Assembly: GCA_044892525.1 (NCBI GenBank)
Contig: CM097885.1
Span: 49,106,001-49,166,000, forward strand
DNA: 60,000 bases
DNA from: Schmidtea polychroa
Lineage: Eukaryota
Direction: 5' to 3'
The notes under the pieces were generated by a model that saw nothing but the letters and a program-made list of their open reading frames with translations, was not told where the DNA came from and did not search any database. Positions 13,199-27,100 of the stretch are shown here, piece by piece (positions within the stretch are counted from its first letter, which is position 1; each line of letters starts with the position of its first letter). The position numbers were made by a program, and so were the translations under genes.

Positions 13199-14366
13199 TT
13201 GCCTCATAGAATATTAATGACAGAGCAGACATTGGTTTTCCGATGAAAGTAAAAACGAAAGTGAGAATGAGTTTTCATTTTCCGATCGAAAAGGATTTTG
13301 CAGATATCCAAAATGGTTGGAGGATCATATTCGAGTTTAAGCTCGGGTGGATGTATAATTGTTGTATAAGGATTAATGTTTTTTGAATAATTGAACTTTA
13401 TTGAAAATCGCAAGCAATGAACTTATGATTATGTGAATAGTGACATAATAGCATATAATTTGATAATTTTGTATGTAAATATTACACCTTGTCCTTGATA
13501 TTAATTATGATGATAATATTTGTAATACAATTTTCCCAGTAAATAATTTTAATCATTAATTTAATTGATTTGATTGACTAACTCTAATTTCACTCTTTTT
13601 CCTTTGTCAATTCTGTGAATAATTCTCTTCTAACTATTCTCTTCAACCAACTAAAAATTGACCACTATTGTGTCTGCTTTTTATATCAACTTTCGTAAAT
13701 AAGGCAATTTAATTATAAAACAACAAAATAATTATATGAGCTATATCCTACCGAAAACAAAGCAATTAGGCAAGCGATCTCTCACCTCTCTGCCTGTTCC
13801 CTATATTAATATTGAAAATTTTAATCTCTATTGATTTTTGAGGAAGGACTAAACTCGTTTATTTCTAATTTCCACATAGCTATAAAATTATTTATTTATT
13901 TTTAATTAATTTGTATTTTTTGAGTATCGTTTACTGGGAAACCCTTATTGATTTTATATTATTGTATTTATATTCGTCTCATTATTTTGCATACCAGCTT
14001 TTCACGAAATACATCAATTTTGAAATAATTTATTAATTCTGAATTTTTAAAAGTTTTGGTATTTCATCGATTTGCATATTAAATATCTCTGTACATCCAA
14101 ATTTCTTCTTCTTATAGATGAATCACAAAATGAATGTTAAAAAATATTTATTAGTAGAATCGAATAATAAAAAAACAATCGAAAGAAAGATTTCAACAGT
14201 AAGAATATTAGGAATCCTGGGGTTTTATGTGTAAATAACCTAACAGTAATAAATAAATTTCTTAAACGTGTACCGATTTTCAAATTAAATTTACGGTGAA
14301 TTCAAAATTTAAGATTGACAGTGCCCTGCTTCAAATTTTAATAAAATTTAGTTTGTGTTCTTAGTA

Positions 14367-15148
14367 CACCCGTTTGCACTGAATAAACGCATCTATAATA
14401 TGGGTTGTTGTGTACAACCAATTATAGATGCGTCATTATTTGTGATGGAATGTATTCAGTTTATAATCATTATGTATTTCAGATGAAATAGTTAATTAAT
14501 GATTAACTATTTTATCCATTTTATAAATGGCTTTCAAGTAATTTTTGTTATTTAAAGTAAATTTTAGGACTTGAATTTTGATCCATATAGATATGAGATC
14601 ATTATTCAAGCTCTTAAATATTACTTTTTATCAACAATTTTATTATAAATTATAATTAAATTTCAAGGTTTTATAAGGATTTTTATTAAGTTATTTGGAA
14701 TTATTTCGATACAATATAAGTCAGATATAATTTTATTCGAATTTTGTCATGTTCTATTAAAAAAACTAATATTAAATTTATTAAAAATTGAAGATAAATC
14801 TTACGATAAATAAATCTTATGTCTTTATTATTTATACAACTCAGAGTTGAGTTTTCGGAAGTTTCGTCAAAATTTTATCGGTAATTTTTTTCTAAAAATG
14901 TCTGTAAATTATTTATTATAGTGTGTTTATTCATTACAACGATTCTACATATTGAAAATTTGCATGCATTTTTTACTATGTGTTGTGTTTGTGTGTCAGT
15001 ATATTTTTTCTACCACTTTCTATATTAAATGCGTTTATTCATTGCAACACTAAAAATCAACACACAGGTAAGTTTGTATGTTTATATAATATACACTTAT
15101 TGATTTTATTTTTATATTATAGATGCGTTTGTTCACTGCAAACGGGTG
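14367..15148. mobile_element. Non-autonomous Tc1/mariner MITE (782 bp)
   Basis: ~35-bp TIR CACCCGTTTGCA(C/G)TGAA(T/C)AAACGCATCTATAAT; TA TSD on both sides; inner copies of the binding motif at ~14421 and ~15022. Confidence 0.88.
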
Positions 15149-15150
15149 TA

Positions 15151-15830
15151 TAGTCTGATGAAAGTGGCCTGGCGTTGTCTTGCTGAAATACATTAGGTTT
15201 TCATTTACTAAGAGGCATGTTATCAAGCCGAGCAAGAAATCTTTCTTGAAATATACTGACATATTTCTCACAGTCAAGATTACTGTTTATAAAAGCCAGA
15301 GCTAACTGTCCATCGCTGTATACACAGCCCCATACTATAAAATGCTGGTGCCTTCTGATAGGTTCATGCAAAACACAACATTCAACATACCGTTCGTTAA
15401 GTGCACAATATACATAAGGTGGATGAAACATAGAATAGAAACATAGATTGAAAACTTGACTTGTCTGGGAAAATCCAGTTTTTGAAGACAGTATTTCTAT
15501 GGTGTATGCATCATAAAAGCTACTTAATTCAATGATGGCTTCTGAGAAGGTCACGTGCAGAACGAAACAACATAGATTTGGTTCCTTAGATCGATGACGA
15601 ACGGTTTCACGATAAATATCAAAGAAGACATCAATAGAAGAGAAAAGTGCAAAGCGATCGCGTTTTCTGAATACGTTGATGGCTCTATCCGTACTTGCAG
15701 ACGTACAGCGAAGGAGTTTACATTACTCGTAGAGTGGCACTAATCCGTTTCTAAGAAAGGCCTTTGTCAAGCATCTTGTACACTGAGGCGGCCATATCAT
15801 CTCTCAATCGTTTGTCTTTTAAATTGCTTC
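15151..15830 (-). pseudogene. Degraded Tc1-family transposase, interrupted by the MITE
   Basis: RETVRHR, FIVWGCVYSDGQLALAFINSNLDCEKY, FQQDNARPLSSDY; removing the MITE continues it as DYTKN. Confidence 0.75.
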
Positions 15831-16597
15831 ACAAGAAAACAATCACGTTTCTTATCAATCAAGCTACTCACACACATATCTTATCTTGCTGGGGGTTAAA
15901 TATCAATATGAAGAAAGCCACTTCAAAAAACCTATGTCTCATCAATATTAATCCATCTTTTCATCAATTTACTGCAGGTGTCTTAACTTTGAATTCTATA
16001 GGCCAACTAAAATCTTACTAATTTTTTGTTTACGAAATGGGCAGCATCTCAATAGATTTTAGGTCATTTAAATAGCATATTTTACCTTAATTTAAAGATC
16101 TAACTTTACTGTGTACAAAGATAAAAGATCAATCCTGTTTAGAAAGTTTAAGAAATCTGTTTGTGAATGACAAGTTGATAAGATACAATGATTATAAAAA
16201 TTAATTGTCATATTAGGTTAAGACGTAATCAGGGAAATGTGCAAATTACTTAAAACTTACAAATTACAAAAAAAAGATTTTTCCTGTTTTTCCATCGCAA
16301 ATTTTTGTGTATATTAAAAAATTCAAAAAAAATATTAGAACCTCCAAATTAGAACGTCAAATTAAAATTTTTACCTTTTTCGATATCTTGATTGATTAAC
16401 TTTTTAATTTTTATTTCATACTGATCGACAGTGAAATTATATTTTTTATTATTATCATTGAAATCAGAAATTTGCTTTTCTTTTAGCTGAAAATTTTCCG
16501 TTTCTAAATTCACGATTCTTTCGATCAATTTTCGTTTTTCTACTACAGATTAAATATTTTGTCAAACTTTTTATTTGATTAAAAAATATCTATCTTG

Positions 16598-17328
16598 AGT
16601 AGATGGTAGTGTCACTTCCACACCACTACACACCCCCTGGAGAATTTTTTTTAAACTCGGAATTTTATAACGAACATAAAATTATATAGTTTATATATAG
16701 AAGAAATGAATAGTTTCCATGGAAAATGAGCTCCAAAGTCTCAAACTTCAACATCAAATGCCATAATTTAACATGATTCATATATTATCAAACATCGAAA
16801 ATCTTATATAATAGAAATAAAATCATATTCTTCAACACATGGTGGGACAATGAACAAAAGCTTTAATAAAATACCTGGAAAAATATTTAAAAAAATATGA
16901 AAGTACTTTAAAGTGAAGGTCACACCACTTGACTTAGAAAAAATTTTGAAAAATAAAAATCAACAAATTACTAGAAAAAATCACAAGGAATATTTACAAA
17001 ATATTTCCAAATCATAAAATCCCCAAAATAAATTTCCCAACTCAAAAATTTCCCAAATTTAAAAAGTCCCAAAATTATTTTCTCCAAATTTTCCCAACTC
17101 AAAAATTTCCCAAATTTTAAAAAGTCTCAAAATTATTTTCCCCAAATTTTCCCAAAATTTAAAAAGCCCCAAAATTATTTTCTCAAAATTTTAAAAAGCC
17201 CCAAAAAACAAATTTCCCAAAATTTTCCAAAGCAAAATTTTAAAAAGATACAAAAATTAAAGTCTATTATTTTTAAATCATACACAAAACATGCATGTCC
17301 AAAGGGCAGGTGCGGTAGTTTGTAAATT
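16598..17328 (+). repeat. Polinton left TIR with internal AAAATTTCCCAAA-type tandem repeats
   Basis: Reverse complement of 23363-24155 plus 27409-27434. Confidence 0.9.
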
Positions 17329-18060
17329 GTCACAGTCAGCCCCACAGGGGCTGGAGGATTAATTTTTCTTGTAACCAATCATATTCTTTTATTTATAATA
17401 CATCTCAAAGGCAATAATATAAATATACCAACATTTCAACAATTAATTATAAATGACGCAAACAACATTTATGATTGACATATTGAATGGTCTTGTCTCC
17501 AACAAAGAAACTATCGATGTGATTAATAATTCACAATTCCTTGTTAATCGAACAGAAAAATCATTGAAGATAATCATATCGAGTACGACTCATCAATTTG
17601 GAAACAGTTCAACAAAAGAAAAAATTATTCGAGGAAATATTTTATACATTATTGGATGATGAAATTACATGGTCTCTAATTATTATAGGTTTCATGTGTA
17701 TGAAACATATTTTAGAAAAATCAGGCTCAGACTTTGAAAATTATTTTCAATGGTCTGTAGAGGTATTATTTTTATTGATCAAATTGACATCATCATTATT
17801 TAGATTACTGAATCAAAAATTATGCCATGGGTCGATGCTCATGGTGGATGGATTATGATGATTAGACTAGATAAAAAAGCAAAGGAAAATGATGCCAGAT
17901 GTGAAAAATTAAAGAATTTATTGAAATTATTGAATGGGTTAGGAGTTGTATATAAATGTATGAAAGTGTATCAAAAACTATAATAATTTTTGGAAAATGT
18001 TGTTAATGTTTAAATAAAAGTATAAACCAAATTATTTTTCATTTTAAATTATTTTCAAAC

Positions 18061-18522
18061 ATGTCAGAAAAAGGTAAAATATGATTTTTTAAATGTTTTT
18101 TAATTTTTTATTTAGAATATATAATCAACTTCTTGATTGAAAAATTAGAGGAAATATCTAATGTAAAAATTAGAGAAACATTATCTAAAGCAACATATCT
18201 GCAAGACGATAAAATTAATGAAGGATCGAGTAAACCGGCATTAATTAAACTTCATCATCAAATGTTCATCTATACTAATGTTATTGAACCCATAATTGTT
18301 GGTGATTCAGCGGTTCCTCTATTGAAATATATTTGGATTGAGAAACATGACCAAGATGATGTTGTACAAATAATAATGGAAAATCCGATGTATTTACCGG
18401 TTTCAACCTCGTGTATAAACAATATAGAAATAAATATACGAGATGATTCTAGTAAATTAATCGATTTTGCACAAGATTCAAAAACTCATTTGACGCTACA
18501 TTTTTGTAAAGTCGATAGCTAA
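18061..18522 (+). pseudogene. Polinton minor capsid (penton/PX) C-terminal region, possibly join(18061..18073,18116..18522)
   Basis: MFIYTNVIEPIIVGDSAVPLLK...PMYLPV...IEINIRDD...LTLHF is the Polinton penton motif; an in-frame 42-bp GT-AG intron links it to an ATG at 18061. Confidence 0.75.
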
Positions 18523-18538
18523 TTCCGATATCATTAGT

Positions 18539-18658
18539 ATGTATAGTGGTAGCCAAGCTGGTGGTGAATTACCATATTTTATTGGTAAACAATATGGATC
18601 TGGTTGGTTGCGGACGATTGGTAGATTTTTTAAACATGCATATTTTAGATGTAATTAA
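18539..18658 (+). pseudogene. Truncated Polinton small Gly-motif core-like protein
   Basis: MYSGSQAGGELPYFIGKQYGSGWLRTIGRF (QxGG...F.G.Q.GxG motif) directly after the penton. Confidence 0.6.
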
Positions 18659-18770
18659 TGAAGAAATAAATTATGTCTCCGATGGGATAATTATGGAAAC
18701 CGAAGATGTCCATGAAAAATGTTGGTGTTTTTTTTTAATTATAGTAGTAATAATATTAATGATTTTTATA

Positions 18771-18873
<103 letters not shown>

Positions 18874-20085
18874 GATTATTATTTAACTAAGACAATTGAA
18901 TTTGGTAATATATAATTATAGCAATATGTTAATAAAACAGATAATAACTATTTAAAGAAATATGATTAACATTTTGTTAAAGATAGTATCATAGATAATA
19001 TAAATTGGTGAAAAATGTATTAGTCTATATGGTTATGATTCTTATCATAAGTCATCTATTCACATAAGAATGTCATGGGATCTTGAAGTCATAGACAGGA
19101 AATAATTTCATCAAATTGACTTCTTTTTTTCAGGATAGTTGGTAGCAAGCTGAATTCACTTAAATATTTTTCTGATATAATGGATCGTTATTATTTGTGC
19201 AAATTTATTGATCTATTAACATTGAGAATTGATGGTACATTTATTCATAATACTAATAATTCAGTTTTTTTAAAATTAATTTATTTCTAATTGAAGAATA
19301 AAATCTTTCTGTGTAATTTGTTATTCTTTATGGTAATGCAAATTTGGTTCAAAGATTCGGTATATTTCGATGCGAATCTGATTACAATTTTACGCGTTAA
19401 TAGTGAAATATTTAATTGGCGATGTCTAATTATTTATACAGCTGTATATTTTTATGTTAATTAAATATCTATCTGTTTATTATAGTTAATTAACTTTTTA
19501 TCTGCTGCCTTAGACTTTATTTCGTTATTTTTACATAACAAATATTTAAACTTTTAATACGATTTCCCTATAAAACAGAACTTAGTCTTTACAAGAATCG
19601 ATTGCTTCAAAACGATTTCAAAAAATGATATTTTAGGTAGAAGTTGGAGAACTTTGAAATCTCTTACTACATCGTACAAGACAATAGATGAACTGGAAAG
19701 ATCGATAAATTGGTTATAGGACAATTCTCTCTGAAAGAAACGATCAGCGCAAAATTTTAACATCTTCCTTATAGTCCTCAGTACGTAAAATTAATAAAAT
19801 TAAAACAAGTTAAAAGTTGGATTAATCTTTAAATGATGACATTGAGCAGTGTCATTCTTTTGAATCCCCTCATATCTATTTATACTTATTTTCTTCTTAA
19901 TTATTTAAATGTAACGCTCCCATTCAAATGGAATTGAATTATAATCTACAATTGTTTCATTGTGTTTGTTACAGTCCATTTCAGAAATTGCTAAAATCAT
20001 AAAAATTAAATTCTTTTCGCCAACTTTCTATGGCATTTGTGTTTTTCATATCAATAATACTTTAACTTTTGAATTTATAAAATTC

Positions 20086-20221
<136 letters not shown>

Positions 20222-20789
20222 GATGATAACAATATTAAACAATTAAATGATAATTTAGGCATTTGTTTTAATAAAATGAAATACAAATTCAAAATAAAAA
20301 AATTTGCCAATAAAATATTAATAATATATAACTACGACTTTTTTATTTTATATTTATCAGGTTCTTTATATCCTCGATACTGTGTATCTGGAATCGGCCA
20401 TAACTCCAAATGCCATGATCGAATGACATATTACGGTCGTAGATTCAACGGAATCGAATATTTTATATGTCCCAAATGCAAGACTATTTATTAACCCTTC
20501 TACTTTTAAAGAGTTTTATAGTGAACTCTCGACACATTTAAATCAGTTTTTATCAAATAAGAAGGAAATGTTTAAAGAAATCTTTAATAGGCAATCTCTT
20601 AATATAATTAATAATAATAAAAATAAAAGGCATGCAGCAAATAAAAATGTTGTTGTCGCCACTACAAGTATTAAAAAAGATAGGCAAAATCTTAAAAAAA
20701 TTAATAATAACAATAAAGGTCTGCAGAAAATAAAAATGAAGTTGTCGCAACTAAAATTATTAAAAAAGAGATTATAATTATAAGTGACG

Positions 20790-21237
20790 ATGAAGCCGAT
20801 GTTACTGATTCCCTTCGTAATCCTATTAATCAAGTAGGAGGATCTTTACATGTAGACGATGATCCTATTATAACTATCGAATTTCAAGGTGCTCGAAAAA
20901 ATCTACGATTTGATGTTGCTAAGCATCAATTGATTCAAATATCTTTAACCGATAAAATTAGGGACCGTCTAGCATTAGAAATAAGCAAGATGGGGTCTGT
21001 AAAAATACAATTTACAGTTTTTATCCAATTTGAAAAAGATGGAGAAATTAGGGACAACTATTTTTCAAATACAACACTTGTTTTCTCGGATGATTTTTTG
21101 ATTAAAGGGTCACAAAAATTAAACGAGAAAATAGATAAATTTACACATCTCGGTAGTGGGTGGAGAATAAATAAATTGGGTTTATCTTGACAAAATATTT
21201 TCCAATTAATAGCTTATCTGGCCATTCATATATACCA
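20790..21237 (+). pseudogene. N-terminal fragment of Polinton protein-primed DNA polymerase B
   Basis: QVGG...VKIQF...KIDKFTHLGSGWRINK, then frameshifted YFPINSLSGHSYIP (GSGW...YxPL.G.SYIxLP motif); cut by a hAT insertion. Confidence 0.75.
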
Positions 21238-23250
21238 GGTGGCCAAACATTTAGCTTTTAGGGGCTACCTTTTCCATAAAATATAGTCTGCGGTCGACTA
21301 TGGATATGGGCAAATAATTTTAAAATTTTAGAAGATAATTAAAGAAGTCATTATATCGCCGATTTAAATTGCAAACCTCCACTTTTGGTCAAAAATTACA
21401 TTTTCACACTATTAGAAAGAGAAAAACACCTTACATTGGCTATGAAACACCACTAATATGCACCTATTTAATTGAAATCACGTGACAAGCAAAAAATTTA
21501 TGCGTTTTAAGAAAGTTGTCCAAAATATGCTGAATATGAGTTAGCAGGTTTGCAATCTAAGCCTACGATATATTTTTTATTTTATGAATTCCAACAATAT
21601 TTATTAAAATTTAAAAAAAACAATGTTAAAAAATAAATACGAACAAAACATATTTTTTATTTTATGAATTCCAACAATATTTATTAAAATTATAAAAAAA
21701 ACAATGTCAAGAAATAAATACGAACAAAACAAATTTTAAGCATACAATTTTAATTTGGATGAAACCTGGCATTGCATAAGAGCAGCAAGTTTCTCAAAAT
21801 TTGGTTCATATGAACTTAAAGCAATTCTTAAGCATGACTCTAAATGTAAACCCGTTATTTGCGATCGCTGTTTTGTTTTGATCGCATTCATATAAGAAAA
21901 TGCTGATTCACATAAATATGTGGAGCCAAAGAAGGCATTGAAGCGAGCAACAATTGTCCAAATATTTGGATATTTATCTTTGCTTATTAGTTTCCAAAAA
22001 TTACTATCTGAAACCATTGATTTTAGATTTATATCGCATTTAATATTTAGTATTTCTTCTTCTAATTCTGCTATATTTGTAGTATTAAGAAAATTGTGAA
22101 GTTTCTGAGCAAGACTTTCAACGTCGATGTCATTAAATGTGTAAGATAAAAAACAGGCAATATCTTCAAGTTCACTTAGTTTGAGAAATCTTCTATCAAA
22201 TTCATTTAGAAGCATTCCAATAACATCAGCATATTTGTCGTAAGCAACAGTCTTGTTAATTTTAGATTCATCTGCCAGATTTTGATAGTGTTTTAAATCA
22301 CGACGCTTTAGTTGCATTGCAAGCATATTTAATTTTTCCTTAAATGACTTCAAAATGCTAATCATATGTATTATTGTTTTACCTTTATCCTGTAGTTGCT
22401 GATTTAATTGATTCAATTTTTCAGTAACATCACAGAAAAAAGCAAGATCGAGAAGCCATTCTTGATCATTTAATTGCGGATATGAATCACCTTTAGATTG
22501 TAAATATGAGGTTATTTGTGGCAGAAGTTCTCTAAATCTTGCTAAAAATGTAGCACGACTTAACCATCTTACATCAGTATGAATAACTGTTCATTGTGTT
22601 CTTCACTGCATTCATTCAGCAAAGCGCGAAATTGACGACGTGACAAACTTTTAGATATTATGGAATTTATAATTTATAAACATCCATAACATGATTGAAT
22701 TTTAACACCTTTGAACATAATATTTCAGTATGTATGATACAATGATAGTCAATAAAATTTGGAATGTCATCATCACCTTTACACAAAGCAACGAAGCCAC
22801 TTTTGTTGCCAATCATTGCTGGAGCCCCGTCAGTGGTTATTGATACCAACTTGCAGATTGGAAAATTTGTTCGTGCAATATAATTTTTAAATCAATCAAA
22901 GATATCTTGACCTCTTGTGCGATCATGCATTGGAATAATAGTTAATAATTCTTCTGTAACCAACATATCATCGAAAACCATTCGAATAAAAACATATAAT
23001 TGTGCAGTACCGATAAAGTCCGTAGATTCGTCAAACTGCAGTGATAATACAACGCATTTATTAATGTTTTCATGTAAAATGTCTTCAAGATTTCGGCTCA
23101 TTCCTTCTGTTCTAGGCATAACTGTATTTCGCGATAACGACATATTTTTGATTGATGTCATGCATTCGGGTATTATTTGGGTATCGATGAACTTGATGAC
23201 TATGAGAGTGATATGATGGAGCAAGAAACAGTTCGAGAACTTCAAAATGG
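21236..23250 (-). mobile_element. Charlie/SPIN-type (GTF2IRD2-like) hAT, 5'-truncated, transposase pseudogene 21736..23245
   Basis: End motif CAGGTGGCCAAAC at 21236; LSRNTV, LQFDESTD, TTDGAPAMIG, HCIIH, VRWLSR, FGSTYLCESAFS. Confidence 0.88.
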
Positions 23251-23362
23251 TTGAAATATTTACAGACTTGTGTGTGTGCGCGCGCGCATTGTTTAATATA
23301 TTTTTTAAAAATATTTTTCAATCTTCAATGTTTTATTTATTAATTCATTTATTTATTATTTT

Positions 23363-24155
23363 AATTTACAAACTACTGCGCCTGCCCCTTTTTGGCGGCG
23401 GACGTGTAGGTCATTGATTTTAATTTTTTATTTGAATAACTTGGACATGCATGTTTTGTGTATGATTTAAAAAACAATAGACTTTAATTTTTGTATCTTT
23501 TTAAAATTTTGCTTTTGAAAATTTTGGGAAATTTGTTTTTTGGGGCTTTTAAAATTTTGGGAAAATAATTTTGGGACTTTTTAAATTATGGGAAATTTTT
23601 GAGTTGGGAAAATTTGGGAAATTTATTTTTGGAACTTTTTAAATTTTGGGAAATTTTTGAGTTGGGAAATTTATTTTGGGGATTTGGAAATATTTTGTAA
23701 ATATTCCTTGTAATTTTTTCTAGTAATTTTTTCTAGTAATTTGTTGATTTTTTTCCAAGTATTTTTATATAAATATTTTCAAAATGTTGTGACCTTAAAA
23801 TTTTCAAATTTTTCCAGGCATTTTTATTTTTCAAAATTTTTTCTAAGTCAAGTGGTGTGACCTTCACTTTAAAGTACTTTCATATTTTTTAAAATATTTT
23901 TCCAGGTATTTTATTAAAGTTTTTGTTCATTGTCCCTCCATGTGTTGAAGAATATGATTTTATTTCTATAATATAAGATTTTTTATGTTTGATAATATAT
24001 GAATGATGTTAAATTATGGCATTTGATGTTGAAGTTTGAGACTTTGAAGTCCATTTTCCATGGAAACTATGCATTTTTTCTATATATAAACTATATAATT
24101 TTATGTTCGTTATAAAATTCCGAGTTTAAAAAAAATTCTCCAGGGGGGTGTAGTG
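23363..24155 (-). repeat. Polinton right TIR (its last ~26 bp displaced to 27409-27434 by the hATm insertion)
   Basis: Reverse complement of the left TIR, with ~55 bp that the left copy lacks. Confidence 0.9.
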
Positions 24156-27100
24156 TAGGGTGGAGCTTATTTTTGAACTTTCAAAATATTACCTTCTTAC
24201 CCTCCCATTCTGTTCCTATATATGAAAGAAAAATTCAGGCAAAATATGAACACAAAATATGAACAATATTTAGGGGTAGCTCAAGGACAGAGAAGTTTCT
24301 GATACTCTTAAGCAGCGGCCGCCCATTTATTTACGGTACTTTACTATAGTAACTGAGAACTAAGTAAATTGAGACTTTCTCAGACTCTGATAATCATACA
24401 ACATTTCAATCCTATTTTTACAATATACAATTAACACAAATTCTTCATAGTTCAGGCATGATCAGACTTGTTTAGTATGTTTACTGTGTGGACTGGCTAT
24501 TGCAGGAGTTTGACAAATGTGTTTATAAATTTAAATTGTAAACAGTTGATAACACTACTATTAAAGTGAGCATTAAATTGCTGGTAGGCCACTGAAGTGA
24601 AGCAAGCCTTCCTGAATCTATAGCTGCTGGTAAGTTAGTTGAATGTTATTTGAATATTGAATATTATTTTCAATGTTTAAGTGTGAATAGTAATTAAATG
24701 AAGATATAGATTAGTTAGATAAGTAAATGTGAATTTTGTAATACAATTATTCAAATTAACATATCAATCCATGATTCCAAAGTCAATGCTATTTTTATAA
24801 TATTCATTTCAGATTCATTTCTGTAAGAAAATGTCATCAGTTGCAAAAGCAACACGATCTCAAACTGAGTTGTATCTTCTTGGCGATTCCGTGACTCAGT
24901 TACGTGGCAGCAAGCTGCCATCTTTACGTATGGCTCTTGGACTCTTCCTACATCACCATCTGGAACTGAAAGAGACAATAAGACAATCATCGGCTGTAAC
25001 CATTACAGAAGTATCGAAGTTTTGGCAGAAAGCGAGGATCCCGATGAGAGATCATCAAAACTGCCAAACCAAGGTTGAGCATGCATTTGAAGAATGGCGT
25101 CTTCTGAAAAAGAACAAGGCACGATTATCAGCAACTCAACTAGCGAGAGAATCAGCTTTTAGTTCCAAGCTCGAAGATCTCTTTGATCTTGCTCATGCTG
25201 ATGCACTGACCAGCCCCTCGGTACTACAGGAAGATAAAAATTTCTTGTTAGCCCAGAGAGAAAAAGGAAGAAGGGGGTCGATGACTGGTGCAGATGAAAA
25301 ACTTGCTGCTAAGGAGAAAAGATCATTTGAACGAGATGAGCAAATGCTTGCGAGGCGACAGCGAATGGAGCAAGTGAAGCAGTTAGCAGCTTCTACCGCT
25401 GAACTGATATCGTCATCTTCTGAAACCAGCTTAGATGGTGGAAACATGAAAAGTGGAGAAAATCTGAGTGATGATGCTGCAGGAGGCAGCACATTTCGGA
25501 CGCCAAAAAGAAAGAGGGGGCGAAAAACTGTTATTACTCCAGAACTTGCAGTAGCTTTAGATAGAACTAAAGTGTCAGATCGCAAGGCTGTTTTCGTTAT
25601 TGCAGAAACTGCTAAAAGCCTGGGACAGAACATCGATGAACTTGCTCTAAACAGAGACTCGATTCGACGACTTAGGGTAGAACATCGAGTTCAGAGAGCT
25701 GCCAACATAAAAGCAAAGTTCCAGGATAATGTACCACTTGTAGTTCATTGGGACGGCAAACTGATTCCTGATCTGATTGGAAAGGAGAAGGTTGATCGAC
25801 TGCCGGTTTTGGTTTCTGGAAAAGGAGTATCTCAGCTACTTACAGTTACTAAGCTTCCATCTGGAACAGGCGAAGCTCAGGCTGCTGCTGTATATGAAGC
25901 CATCAAAGACTGGGGCATAGCCAAGAGTATCCGAGCTATGTGTTTTGACACTACTAGCTCAAACACTGGTCGGATTGCTGGTGCTTGTGTACTGTTAGAG
26001 CAGAAGCTTCAGAAGGAGTTGTTATCACTGGCTTGTAGGCACCACATTATGGAACTGATAATTGGGGCAGTTTTCCAGGTCTGCATGGGAGCCTCATCCT
26101 CCCCAGAAGTTGCACTCTTTAAACGCTTTCAAGAGTTCTGGAGATTTATAGATACGGCTAAGTATGAAGCAGGCACTACAGCTGATGACGTAGCAAGTTT
26201 ACTGGAGGATATAAAGCAAGACACCGTCGATTATGCCAACAAGTATCTTGAACAGAGTCAGCCGAGAGATGACTATAAAGAATTCTTGGAACTTGTAATT
26301 GTCTTCCTCGGTGCTGCTCCTCCCAGAGGTGTACGGTTCATGGCACCTGGTGCAATGCACCATGCTCGTTGGATTTCCAAGGTGATATACAGCCTAAAAA
26401 TTTGGATATTCAAGGCGCAGTTCAAGCTGACTACTGCAGAAGAACGAGGGTTGCGTGATGTTTGTGTATTTGCAGTACGAGTGTACCTGAAAGCTTGGAT
26501 ATCTGCACCTCAAGCAGCAGGTGCTCCATTCAGTGACTTGCTGCTGCTGAAGTCACTGCTCGAGTACTCATCAATACATGCAGCCATTTCAAAGGCAACA
26601 TCTCGCAAGTTTGCAAATCATTTGTGGTACTTATCTGAGAAACTGGTAAGCTTGGCTTTTTTCGACAGTCGGGTCAGTTCGTCAACCAAACGACTGATGG
26701 TGAGTGCCATGCAAAATGATGAAAACCAGGATTCTGATCATTGCAAACGTATCACAGTTGCTCTTGGTTCATTCAAAGAGAAAAACTTGGAAGATTTTGT
26801 CACAGCTAAATCAATGATTCTGCTTCAACAGCTTGAACTGCCAGATGGATTTCTTGCAGTTGACCCAGACTTGTGGGGAGACAGAGATGATTACAAACAA
26901 GCTGCAGAAACAGTTACATCTCTAAAAGTTGTAAATGACCATGCTGAGCGTGGAGTGGCCCTCATTCAGGAATACAGTGGATTAATCACCCGTGATGAAA
27001 CACAACTTCAATTCTTGCTGCAAGTTGTCCAGGACCATAGCAAAATGTATCCCGACAGCAGGAAAAAGACTCTGTCCGCCATCTATGGGTTTACATAATA

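Noticed and set aside
21352..21572. ~27-bp imperfect inverted repeat inside the Charlie hAT 3' end
   Set aside because: Cannot tell a MITE from the element's own subterminal structure
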